Shown here: one piece after another, positions 38,960 through 52,210 of the stretch
How the letters are laid out: each line of letters begins with the position of its first letter
Numbering within the stretch: position 1 is the stretch's first letter
NCBI RefSeq assembly: GCF_009914755.1
Contig: NC_060935.1
Source of the DNA: the human T2T-CHM13v2.0 reference genome, Homo sapiens
DNA length: 64,000 nt
Direction: 5' to 3' (one strand)
The notes under the pieces: generated by a model
What the model was told of the DNA's origin: nothing
Database searches by the model: none
What the model saw: only the letters and a program-made list of their open reading frames with translations
Position numbers and translations under genes: made by a program

Positions 38960-39445
38960 GTTTTGCCATGTAGACTGTGCCTACTTCTCCTAATGCATCT
39001 TGTATGATTCTCCTCAGGCTCAATCGACTCTAAGCAAACTCATTTTCTTTCTGGCCATCAAAAACCTAAACTCTTCCCCACCTCAAGTTCTTCACACGTA
39101 GTGTTCCCTCTACTTTGAAGGCTTTTCCCCAGCTCTTCACATGGCTGGCCCTTTCTCACCCTTTGTTCTTAACTCCAGTTTACCTACTCAAAAACACCTT
39201 CCCCTACTGAGTATGTCAAGTGCCACCCAATGACCCCTGACTTCCAACACACCTATCATATCACCTTGACTGTTTGCTTTGTAATCTTTTTCACAATCCG
39301 ACACGATATTGTTCAATTTATTTATTTAATCATTTTGTTTGTCACCCTCCATTTTAGAAGTTAGCCTCTCTGACAGCAAGAAATATTTATCTTATTTATC
39401 ATGGTCTCTTCAGCACCAGAAACCCTATTAAGCATTTCTACTAAT
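38960..39445 (+). mobile_element. L2b-like fragment
   Basis: 'tgttccctctactttgaaggcttttccccagctcttcacatggctggc', 'ttgtttgtcaccctcc...tagaagttagcctc'. Confidence 0.7.
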
Positions 39446-39971
39446 TTAATGTTAATATTCATACTCATTTATTTTTATATTTAATACATACCTTTAATTT
39501 TTAAACTGAACTCACATAATTCTTTTTCACTTTTCTCTTTAAAGTTTACACGGGAAAAGCTTAACTCAGTGAATCACTAATCACCTGGTGGTAATAAACA
39601 TAATGAGAGAAAAAAATGGTTGTTTTGTGTGGGTGTGATCTTGTGAATCCAAGCTTCTAAGTACCGTAGTCAGTGTTACACTGCTGTAAATGCCATCAGC
39701 TGTTTGATTAGATTTCTAACTATTCAATACAAACATAAGAATAAAAAATTTAAAAAATTTGGGGAAATGATTAAGAAGTCTTCAAATACACATATTTAGA
39801 ATCCTATAGAAAAAGAAATCTGGGGTATTTATTTTTATTAAAATGCCTAGTATCATAGAAATTGAACTGAACTCAACTAAAATTACAAGCAGTCATAGCC
39901 TCTTACACAAGAAATCTGCCATTTAGTTATTAGGTAGCTTAGAGAAGTTTCAAAGAAAAATAGTTTACAGT

Positions 39972-40318
<347 letters not shown>

Positions 40319-41080
40319 TCAATATCTGTAGTGGCTTTTACACTGTTGAACAGAATATCTGCTAATTCAGTATAAAATTACTAGATGAGGTAAAGTCAAC
40401 CATACTTCTTCACTATGATATAGGGATTAAGAATATTTTAGTCAGATGCCAGATAACTTATTGTCTCTCATTTGATTATAAAACACACTTTGGTTTTAAA
40501 GACACAGTTTCCTCGTTCTTTTTTGCTTAGTTCAACTATACCAGCATTTGTGGAATACACATCTATTGAGACATACACATCTATTGAGTCTTCTTATAGT
40601 CTACATTATCAGAGGTGGTTGAGGAGTAATTAGACTGAAAACAAAGATTTCTAAAGATATTTGTAGAATGTAAAAATGGGTATAATTAATAATAAACATT
40701 TAAAAAATATTTTTTTCTTTTTACAGTTATTTTATGCAAATTATCTCAATTTACTTTAAAAAAAAAAAAACCCTGTTCAGTAGAGCAGTTACTAGTACTA
40801 CTTCATAAGTACTGAATTTAAAAGAATTATTTTGGACACTTGAGAACGCTAATAGGTAAGTCTAAGACTTCTGGTCTACCTCTCTTATTGGTACTCCCTG
40901 CCTGAAGGAGGCTCTGGAAGGAACTCACTAATAGTTTCACAAGAGTTCAGTCACCTTTGGAAGGCTAAGCAGCAGCAAGATGATCATTCAAAAATTAAAG
41001 GAGTCTGGACACAGTGTAGTATTTAATTTAAAATCTAGATCAGAGCTAGTTAATCTGTTCATAGGTAGTAGAATATTTAG

Positions 41081-41381
41081 TTTTAGTTTTAGTTTTTTTT
41101 TTTTTGACGAAATGTCACTCTGCCACCAGGTTTGAGTGCAGCGGCACGATCTCAGCTCACTGCAACCTCAGCTCCCAGGTTGAAGCAATTCTCCTGCCTC
41201 AGCCTCCCAAGTAGCTGGGATTACAGCTGCCCACCACCATGCCCAGCTAATTTTTGTATTTTTAGTAGAGACGAGGTTTCACCATGTTGGCCAGGATGGT
41301 CTCAATCTCTTGACCTCGTGATCTGCCTGCCTTGGCCTTCCAAAGTGATGGGATTACAGGTGTGAGCTACCACATCTGGCC
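41081..41381 (-). mobile_element. AluSc
   Basis: 'ggatggtctcaatctcttgacctcgtga'; TSD aatatttag (41072-41080 and 41383-41391). Confidence 0.93.
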
Positions 41382-41447
41382 AAATATTTAGCTTCTTGAC
41401 ACTTCATCACAAGTAAATTAAAATAAAGAATTATGTGTTGTGAAGGA

Positions 41448-41597
41448 ATATATATGTGTGTGTTTATATACAATGTTTGCTGTATATATGAGTTTATGTA
41501 TGTACATATACATATAGAGAGATGTATATGTAGTATATATCTATATCTATCATCTATCTATCAACATATATATATAGTAAAACATCTATATATGTGT
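41448..41597. repeat. TA-rich low-complexity / degenerate (TA)n-(TATC)n
   Basis: seen directly in the sequence. Confidence 0.8.
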
Positions 41598-42142
41598 GAA
41601 CACATTTTCTGAACCTGACTAAGACCATTTTTACTCAGTAACTGTACTGGTTTATATAAATAAAAATAATAATATGCCAACAAAATGTCAAGTTATTTAT
41701 CAAACATAATAAAGCAAAGAAAAATAATATAATACACCTGCTGTGTCTTTTTAAGTTTTCTCTCTTGTGAAAAGATAGCTGAAGTTTCATTGTGAATTAA
41801 TGCAAAAATAATGTATTCAGGAATTGGCAGGGAGAATGTTGGCTGACAGAGGGGTATAGGTTATAAGGTCTTTCCCAATCTTTCTTTACTTATCAGAAAA
41901 TGTCAGTGTTTCCCCTGTGGGAGGCCTCCCAGAACACAGACAAGTGTTCCCAGAGAATCTTATCCCTGGGTAGTAGTAACACTTTTTCTAGTAAATTTTT
42001 TTTAAGCAATACTCTAACAGCATGATTCCTTCCAAAAACATAGCCTTGGGGCTGGAAAAAGTGGAGCGTTTGCAACTGTTCAATACCTCAGATTTCCTAT
42101 GTAGCCTGGTCTGCAAATAAAACTGCATGTTTTCCCTTGATC

Positions 42143-42225
42143 TCAGGGCCCTCAAATTTTAGCATGCACCAAAATGACCTGGGAAACATATTAAAATTAC
42201 AGATTCCTAGGTCCCATACCTGATA
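42143..42225. mobile_element. MER5-type fragment, followed by a MIR(-) relic to about 42365
   Basis: 'ctcaaattttagcatgcaccaaaatgacctgggaaacatattaaaattacagattcctaggtccca'. Confidence 0.7.
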
Positions 42226-43574
42226 TTTTTTATCCTGCCATCCTGCCAGTAACACCATGATGTATGGATTATTATATCTCTTTTGATAAGGAAATTGATA
42301 TTCGTAGAAATGTCCCAAAACAGTAAGCAGAAGATCTGGGGTGGACGCAAACTGTGCCTTCAATTCACTCAATAATTGCTGTCAAAGAAAACTACAAATA
42401 TAAATGAATTTTATTTAACTCAGATTTCATTTTAATCTGTTACTCTGCACCCTAATTCCTACTTCAATTTGTACTTCTCCCACCTTGTTTATTTGGCAAT
42501 TGTTACTTTTATTTTATACATTTCATTTATTTTTACTCCACAAAGACTGTTCCATCTATCACTTCCAGACCCATTGAAATCCCCATCCTCCTTTTATTTA
42601 ACATTTACCCATATTGAGCACACAAACTGTAATCCCATGGGAGAACATACCAAGACAGTAAACGAATTAGCTGCTGATGCTAGAAGTTCATTGGGGAAGT
42701 TGTTTTGTAGTCTGTAATTCCTTCAAAGCATTGAGCGTAATATCAAATGTGTGTGTATTTGTTAGTTCCGATCTACAACCTAGGAGTGGTCAGTGCACAT
42801 AATTGAGAATACCTATTTCAGGGGTTGTTAGCTGCCTCCATACTCCAGAGGCATGCCTTGGATCTGTAGCTATGTTTTTCTTAGATCAGCAATGCATGGT
42901 TTATTAACTAGTACAGTTGATGTTGGAAACGTTTTTTCTTGATGAAATATTGGAATTCAAGCTATGAGAAGTAGTTAAAATGAATATTGTAGAGAAAATT
43001 CAATTGTTCTTGAGTAAATAGGCACCAGGAGACAGAAACTCCAATATCAGAGTGGCACTTGAAAGTTGATTCATAAAGAGTTCTGTGCCTGGCCGTTAAC
43101 CCAATTGATTCTTTTGTTCTGAAATCCTCTATATTGTTACTACAACTTACCTTTAGGACTTTGTTGATTTTCCTATGGTCAACTTTTCATAAAAGGTATT
43201 ATTAAAGTACTAAAAACGACAAAGAGCTGAGACTTCTTTAAAATTACAAAGCAGATTACATGACTCTCTTTGTGCCTACTGAGTAATAATATTTTCTGTG
43301 TATATATAATGTACATACACTATATGTATATAAACTTGCTTCATTACAACCTTTAAATGAGGTGGTAGGCAGGAGATATAGAGCCTTTACAGAGGTTACA
43401 GATATTTACTAAAATAAAATATAAGCCAACAAAAGACTACTAATCATCATGTATAGCAAAATTGGCATGCATTACTTCACGAAATAATAGATGTGTTGGT
43501 TTGAAAAAAAATCAATTTTTAAATGCTCTTAATAGAAGATATGACCAGATTGCAGCACACTGGACAAGAAAAGC

Positions 43575-44139
43575 TGTAATAACCATATTTTCTAGTTTCT
43601 ATATTTAGTGCTTTGATATCCTGGGGCCTTTCTGACCCTGAAAAGACTGCCCGTTCCAGGGTTAGCTAAGTGCTAGATATGGCAAAAGAGTTGCTTACAG
43701 GCGCACTTCTCATATGCAAACCAATCAATTCAGAGCCTATATCTCCAACCACTTTCTTTATCACACTTATAGTATGCTTACACTATGGCCCACCCTCCAC
43801 CTGCCTTAATCACCCCCAGGCCAGAAATCAGACCACTAGGAACAGTTCCTATGTCCCAGAGCCCACTGAAATTATTCTAACTAACCAATCCTAAACCTGC
43901 TTACCCTACCTTACCCCTTCCTTCCCATAGAAAATACAATAAAGGCTCTAGCACACTTTCCCCTCACTTGCTTCGCCTCTTGACCAACTCTGGTTCTTCC
44001 CCATGTGACCCTGCATGACGTCTTGTACCTGTTTCTAGGGATCTGTGAGTATGAAAACTTCTTCCTTCATGACAGTCGCTCCTGTGTCTGTGTGTCTTAT
44101 CATACCTGACTAACACAAATCTCAGGCACCCTTACCACA
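43575..44139 (+). mobile_element. MER74-type ERVL solo LTR
   Basis: 565 bp, tg...ca ends, 'catatgcaaaccaatca', 'gcccactgaaattattc...aaccaatcctaaacctgc', AATAAA near 43938; TSD aaagc/aaaga. Confidence 0.8.
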
Positions 44140-45040
44140 AAAGAAGTCAGAATATCACTATTTCAAATAGCAAGGAGAAAACAAAGCGAGCTAGAAAGAA
44201 AAGGGAATCTCAGTACCATAGGAAAGAATAGGCCTTATGTTGTGACAGTGTTGAAGGGGTTTTGACTCCAAGAGGGTCATGTGATGAGAAGGGGAGGCTG
44301 CTAAAATTGACTTGAAGATGAGTTTTCATAGCTGAGACCACACAGTTTTAACTAAGATTTTTAATTGCGGTTGTCTTAATGGTAGTTGGCAGGGGGGCGG
44401 GGTGGAGGTATAATTTTAAGATCTATTTTATGGAATGTGTCTATTCTCAAGCAACCCTCAACTTGCTACTTTTTTCTCATAGTCCTTTAATTCTTCAGTA
44501 AAGTTCCATGAGTAGTAACTATTGAGATTTTCCATGATCCATAAAATTGAAGATTCAAGTCAAGTTTATAAAAATCTCTGCCCTCAGGGAATTATCATGA
44601 TGCCCAGTTTAGAGGAATAATGTTAATCATGTATTTCCTCCCTTTTTTTCCTTCAGGAGTGCACCTAGTATATAAAACAATGCCAACCTGTAAATCAACA
44701 TAAGCAAAGCATATAGAATATACAAGGTTAGAAAAATCTTACTCATTTCCAGTTAACTGAAAAAAAAACTTTCTTTTTACCTTTGTGTTAAAATATTTTT
44801 TGAACCCCATAATACCCACTATCAAGTATTATGTACTAAATATAATTTAATATATATTAGAAAACTTTGTAATTTAATTTGTATTGGAAAGCTGATAATA
44901 AAAAAATCCAAAATTCATCAACTAAATGTCAATACAATAGCTATAGATTTAAATGTTATGAATCTCTACTGTAAAGAAGATTAGTCTAACATTTTAATGA
45001 AAACAGAATGTACAATAATTTTTTTAAGATATGCTGATAA

Positions 45041-45348
<308 letters not shown>

Positions 45349-45624
45349 TCATTCATTGACATTTGTTCTTAAAAAAGAAATAACTGTTTCCTAAGAGCCT
45401 CTGTGGTCAAAATAATAACAGTAATTGACTATGCATCACTTGCTCATTTATGAACAATATTAACTGCACTGAAACTATGTAAAGAAGAGAAGGTAACTTG
45501 GCATTTTCAAGTAAAGTGTTAAGCAAATAGTACAAATTTGGAGAAGGGCTATTTCAATGTAAATTGCTTATAAAAAGTTTATTTATTCAAATTAAGGCTT
45601 TTATCGATGTCCCCTAACAAGCTG

Positions 45625-45960
45625 TTAATTCACTCATTGGCAAACATTTACTGAATGCCTACTTTATGCTAAAAATTATGGAATAAAGACAAATATGACA
45701 AGATTTCTGCCCTCCAGATGTTCATAGTCTAGAATGATGATAGATATGTAAATAAAAAGAGTTACACTATTACATGACAAGTGTGATTATAGAGTTATAG
45801 CTGGAATACAGGACAAGTTGAAATACAAGAAGTACCAATAATTGTCTAGGGGAAATGGAGACATTATATGAGCACTAGGTAGAAAGGAATTTGGCAACTG
45901 CAAAGGAAAGAGGATCAGATAGAGAAAAAGGAATGGAATGGTGAAGATACAGAGTGTAAA
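45625..45960 (-). mobile_element. L2 fragment
   Basis: 'cactcattggcaaacatttactgaatgcctact...tctgccctccagatgttcatagtctag'. Confidence 0.75.
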
Positions 45961-46029
45961 GAGCAGTGTCTTGTGAGCACTGCCATTCATCCCACGGGCA
46001 GAAGCACAAATATGACATTTTGCCTGTGT

Positions 46030-46706
46030 GATTGCTATGCCCATGAAATTCACATGCTATGCAAACAACATAATGAATTCAGGCAAACAACCCCTGAAGT
46101 TTGACTAATATCATTTCAAAAAAAATGATCATTGGATCATGAAGAAAAAAATCCTATTACATACATATGACAATTTTGTTAATGAAATTTAAAAATTATG
46201 TATTAGTGTAATTATATCCACTCCAAGGATGAAGGCTTCTTAAGTTTAGATATAAGCTTGTAAATAACCCACGATATAATTAAAGGATCAAAAATGAAAG
46301 ATAAAGGAAAATGACAACTTACTCTGTGTTGTCTCTAGACAATTGATGCATGGTGCAATCTACCCAGCATCTTCATTAGTGAGCTAAAAGAGGGTGTAAG
46401 TAAAACCACACTAATGATATTCACAGATGATAACAGATTGGAAACTGTCTTTCTGACACCACTGTTGACTGTGAAGTCACAACAGGGAGACAAAATAGCT
46501 TAGAAATATTGGTAGACAATTAAAGTGGGAGCAAACATTGAGATTCAGGTAAGAAAAGGAGCAATTGAACAATCTGGAGAGGAAGAATAAGATACACAGA
46601 AGATAGCAACGCCAAGTTTTAGTAATACACAAAAACAGGAAACCATTACAAAGTACTTACAATACTTCCCAATATATACAAACACTCATAAATACATGTG
46701 TAGGGG

Positions 46707-46747
<41 letters not shown>

Positions 46748-47000
46748 ACCTCAGTCTGGAGAAGTACATCAAGGAAGTTATGGCACTATGGACACTGACA
46801 AATGGAAGGTGACCAAAGGAGGTAGCTGCCTATGACATGAAGGATAAGAAATACAACATCTAATTCCCTGAAGAATGTGGAGACTTGGGAAATAAAGAAC
46901 TCATTTAACCGCTCTACAATCAATACAATAAAATGAGAGATGAGCAGACACTTTTGGAGAAAGGTCTCAACAGAAGCACATTTTAAAGGAAAACATGGTA
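46030..47000 (+). mobile_element. ancient CR1/L3 (CR1_Mam-like) LINE relic
   Basis: 46366-46443 translates in frame to SIFISELKEGVSKTTLMIFTDDNRLE, resembling the CR1 RT motif NIFINDL.EG...LxKFADDTKLG; outer boundaries are approximate. Confidence 0.7.
46713..46746. repeat. (TG)17 microsatellite
   Basis: seen directly in the sequence. Confidence 0.95.
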
Positions 47001-47997
47001 AATATCTGTTTACACATTTAACCTGTACCTAGATCTTTAGAGTATACAAAGTTGAACAAAATGCTGGTTTGAGAGTACTGTCTTCAAATAACGTAAAAGC
47101 TAATTTGATGGGTAATATTTTAGAAATATTAAATGTAAAGGGAAAATGAGATAGCAGAAGTGTAGACCAAATGAGCGAAAGGTAGCATGTAGGTGGGGAC
47201 TAAGGAAATCCTACATGTCAAACGTGTTTACATGAGCACAAGGGTGTTGGAAGGATTTTACAGGCAGATTTGGAAACATGGAGGCCATTGCTGCTGTTAG
47301 AAGTGCTTGATTTTTAGTATTTGTTTTGTGATCCTGGGGTAACCTAAAGGAAGGTAAAGAAAGACTGAATAAAATTGATATATTTCAGTCCTTGGGAACA
47401 CCATATAAGAAACATACAATACAATGCCTTATGTTTCATATGTAACCAAATGTATACATCCACAGGAAATATTTTTCTTCAGTTAACAATTCATTATCTT
47501 TTCCCAATTATAGTCTCTTTCCAAAACAGAATAATAATCCATATAGTTAAATCAGATAAACGTTTTTTTCCATCAAACTTGAATTCTTGAGTAAGAAAAA
47601 TCTGTGTCAATCTTATGAAATTATTTGAATTTTATGATCATCTGTTCATAACATGAATGCAGGCTATATTAGAGACCTAATGCTTAACTTCTTGTCCCAT
47701 AACCAGAATCAAAAAATCTGAGATGAGCATACCAAGAGAAAAATGAAGCAATCATGGGCAAATGTGGTGCAGGCTGACACAGAGTTACTTTGACGCAGGC
47801 TAACAGTGCTGAATCCTGGGGCAGCTGGAAATCCAAGTGCTTTTATCAGCTCCTATTCTTTTTGGGCAGCCCAGAATATGACTTCAGGTCTATCTAGAGC
47901 CACCCTAGAAAGTATTTCAAGAAAATTTAAAAAAAAAAAGAAAGAATTCATGGATATACGTACCACACTGGGGAGAAAGAGTAACTCAGTTAATAGG

Positions 47998-48545
47998 TGT
48001 GATGGTTACGTGTCAACTTGATGGGATAGAAGGATGCAAAGTATTGTTCCTGGGTGCATCTGTGAGGATGCTGCCAAAGGAGATTAGCATGTGAGTCAGT
48101 GGATGGACTGAGAGGCGCAGATTCTCACCTTCAATCTGGGTGGACACCATCTAATCAGCTGCCAGCGTGGCTAGAATAAAGCAGGCAGAAGAACGTGGAC
48201 GGATTTGACTTGCTGAGTCTTCCGGTCTTCATCTTTCTCCCGTGCCAGATGCTTCCTACCCTTGAATATCAGACTCCAAGTTCTTCAGCTTTTGGACTCT
48301 TAGACTTAAAATAGTGGTTTGCCAGCGCTCTCGGGCCTTCAGCCCCAGACTGAAAGCTGCACTGTCGGGTTCCCTACTTTTGAGATTCTGAAACTCGGAC
48401 TGGTTTCCCTGCTCCTCAGCTTGCAGACGACCTATTGTGGTACTTCACCTTGTGATAGTGTGAGTTAATACTCCTTAATAAGTTTCCCTTCATATATACA
48501 TCTATCCTATTAGTTCTGTCCCTTTAGAGGACCCTGATTAATACA
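47998..48545 (+). mobile_element. MLT2A (A2-like) HERV-L solo LTR
   Basis: 'tgtgatggtt...gtgtcaacttgat...aggatgcaaagtattgttcctgggtg...ccatctaatcagctgccagc...atcctattagttctgtccct...aataca'; TSD atagg/gtagg. Confidence 0.92.
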
Positions 48546-48579
48546 GTAGGTTATATAAAGTGGATTAGCAGGAAGATAA

Positions 48580-48929
<350 letters not shown>

Positions 48930-49157
48930 AAGAACTTAATTTTATGGGCCAAGGAAAGAATTGAACATGTCTGAGAAATAAAGTTATAGAGGCAGAAAAA
49001 GACATTAGGAAGTTTTATCTGGCAGGAGTGTGTGGGATGGATTTTTGAGGGAAAGGCAAGAGAAAAGATCGATTTGGCACTTGTGTCAAGTAGGCTGAAA
49101 TTTCCCTAAGACTGAGCCATGAAACACTAGTGAGCTGAGAGTCAGTCACTACTGCCA

Positions 49158-49296
49158 TCGGGGTGGAACTAATCCAGGTTTTCCAGAGAACTGAATTATA
49201 TGAAAATTAGGGAGTCTTCTTTAATAAATAGAACACAAAACCCTGAATGAAAAATTATGCAAGTAAAGGGGCACCGAAATTAAGCTTCTGCCTCTG
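49158..49296. mobile_element. ORSL-like hAT-Tip100 relic
   Basis: 'atccaggtttt...ctgaattata...ggagtcttctttaataaatagaacacaaaa...aaaatta'. Confidence 0.5.
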
Positions 49297-49449
49297 ATGG
49301 CAATATTGTATAATCAGAACCTTTGTAAACTATATTTTTTTATCAATAGAAAGTTTTTTCAGTGCTTGAGATTTGCTGCCCCAAATTCTCATCTTTTAGT
49401 CTTCCAGATACAGCCAGTTAAATAAACAGAGGGTAATGACTTTAAGTCA

Positions 49450-49900
49450 CAGTTGTTCCTCCTTACCCAAGGAAAATATTTTCTGAGACTCCCAGTGGAT
49501 GACTGAAATTGCAGATAGTACAAATTTCTATATAAACTATGTTTTTTTATATACATATGTATAAATGTCAAATTTATAAATGTACCAAATTTATAAATTA
49601 GGTACAGTAAGAGACTAACAATAACCTAAAATAAAACAATGATAGCAATACACTGTAATAGAAGTTTCATAAATGAGATATTGCTCTTTCTCTCTAAATA
49701 TCTTATTGTACTTTACTCACTTTTCTTCTTGTGATGAAGACAGGATGAAGTGGAATGGTGCATCCTGTTTAGAACAAACACAATTTAAAATATATTAATT
49801 ATTTCTTTATGGAATTTTCTATTTAATATTTTTGGACCACAATTGACCACAAGTAACTGAAACTGCAGAAAGTGAAACCATGAATAAGGGGAAAGACAAT
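49450..49900. mobile_element. Tigger2a-like TcMar DNA transposon
   Basis: 'cccagtggatgactgaaattgcagatagtac', 'aaattaggtacagtaagagactaacaata', 'gtaactgaaactgcagaaagtgaaaccatgaataagggg'. Confidence 0.8.
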
Positions 49901-50671
49901 AATTTGATAAAAGCATTGATAGTTTATTCTCTTAAGTTTTGATTGCAAATAAAGAACATCTGAATTCATTCACCACATGTATTAAGGTGTCATAATTTTT
50001 ACAGACATTCTATTAAGTACCTGTAATATTACCGTTAAAAACAAATAGAGAGAGTGTCCAGGATCTACTTAGCTCAACTTGGACACATTAAGTGGAAGGG
50101 AGAGTGCTAATTTTTGAGGTAGTTCTTTATTGACTGTGTTCAATATGTAAGGAATATTTTATATATTAATATCATCAATCTTTTCTATTGTGGAGCATCT
50201 TTTATTTTATAGACTATAATCATTATTAATAAGGGTTTTAAAAGATCAGGTGCAAGTTGACAACGTGAGAATAGAAAAATATATTGAGAATAAAGACAGA
50301 CATTCAAGCTGGCAAATGTGATGGGGAGAATAACTCCTTTAAGGTCAAACGTTATACAGTGTATGTGTTGAGTGCACAGAACCTGAAAAATGGGAAAGAA
50401 ATGTTTCATAGCTATAACACTTTCTGATTTTTGTACACAGAGCAAAATAAAATCATTACCAGATCTAAAAAATACATGTTATGAAAGAAGTCCCTCCTCC
50501 TGAAGAAAATACTTGGGATAATTTAGATGATCTATTTTTATGATATTAAAGTGCATTTCTTTCTAATCAGGGGAATCATAAATATATTCCATGCTACTTG
50601 CAATAATTTTTGTATAGTTCCAATAATCCAATAAAGATACTGGCAATAGCTCAAACATCAAAAGAGGTTAA

Positions 50672-50885
50672 CCAGTGTTTCTCAACATTTGTTCATATTT
50701 CCCTCCTAAGGAGACTTTAAAAACATATTTTTCTTAATCACACCCAGTTCCAAATGAAACTTTAATTCCACAGACATATTGAATATCTTTTTAGGTACTG
50801 TTGCTCTTTGTGGGGAACACAAATTATTGTAATGCCTGGGAATTGTTTTCCTCTCCCATAACCAATTTTCTCCCTTTGGGAGCAA
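50672..50885. mobile_element. hAT-Charlie relic (Charlie7a-like)
   Basis: starts 'cagtgtttctcaac', contains 'cctcctaaggag' and 'aaccaattttc'. Confidence 0.5.
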
Positions 50886-51984
50886 AATTTAATTTTTTTA
50901 ATTAAAAAATTAAAAAATTATTTTTTATTTTATTTTTATTTTTTTAATTTTTGTGCCCCTGTCATGGGGGCACCACTACGACTACATGATTAACACCATA
51001 TCATTCTTTTTAAGTCATTTATAGACTTATGGAAAAGAAATAATCTGTCCATTTATATATAAATCACTGCCATCACATATATTATCTCAAGAATGGATTC
51101 AGAAATATTTTCTTTTCTTTTTTTACTTTTACCCTGTGATAGTCTATAAAGTCATTTAAATCATGGATGCTGACATGCTCACAGTTGTATCTCTATCACC
51201 TCTCTCAGGGTCTGTCACAGATGGTGCCTACAAAAGGCTTGATGAATGCATGATTTACAGTGGACGAGTGAAAGCCCCCCTGTGTTTCTCACATACCATT
51301 TCTACAAAGGGCTTTATCACATCTGTAATGAGCTTACCACATCTGGATCTAGCTCCATGAATAAATTTCTACTTAGAGTGAAATAAGCATTTCTTACTTT
51401 ACTTTTAAATCTAATCACTGTAGAAGTAAAATCTATTTTCTGAATCTCTATTCCTGGAGAAATTGCAACTAAATATGGAATAGTGATGTTAATCAGAAAG
51501 AACTAAGGCTTAAAGCTCTCTGTTTCTAGTATGTTATTCGGCCTCAAGGAAATTGTATAATTTTTTTTTCTGCCTCAATTTTCTCACCTCTAAAATGCAG
51601 TTAGTAAAATACACGACCCATTGTTTGATTTTCCTCTCGAGAAACTGCAGTAGAATTGATGGGAAATTGCTCCAATGTATGAGTGCAAGAAGAAGTCACC
51701 TGGGGTTATCTACAGTGGTTATCTGGAAAAGGAAGTGCCGTTGCAAAAGTTGTAAGTCAAACCTAAGACAGTATTAAAGGTTAAGCACCAAAGAAGTCAT
51801 TTTTTTCCCAGTAACCTTTATCAGATGCTTTTTTTCCCAGAAAGAAGTATCTGACAAAGAGAGAGAGGAGATAGACAGAGAGAGAGAGAGAGATCCAAAA
51901 TGTCAGAAATCAGGTAAAGTCTAGAAACAGAATGAAACTGAACAGGGAGTAAATGAATGGAGTCAGAACAAAGCAACAGCTGGA

Positions 51985-52210
51985 AGAATAGAAGGAAAGA
52001 AAACAAAAAAGGAATGAAGAAAGGAAGAAGGAAAAGAGGAAGGGAGGGAAGAAGAGAGGCGGAGGGAGGAAGAGACGGTGGAAGGAAGGGAGGGAGGGAG
52101 GGAGGGAGGGAAGGGAAGAAAGAGCTGGAGAGAGGGAGGGAGGGAGGGAAGGGAAGAAAGAGCTGGAGGGAGGGAGGGAGAGAGGGAGAAAGAGAGGGAG
52201 GGAAGGAAAT
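51985..52210. repeat. polypurine GA-rich low-complexity tract
   Basis: (GGAG)n runs and two copies of ggaagggaagaaagagctggag. Confidence 0.95.

Noticed and set aside
44391-44408. GC box (GGGGCGGGG) as a promoter
   Set aside because: Isolated motif with no CpG island or other core-promoter support.
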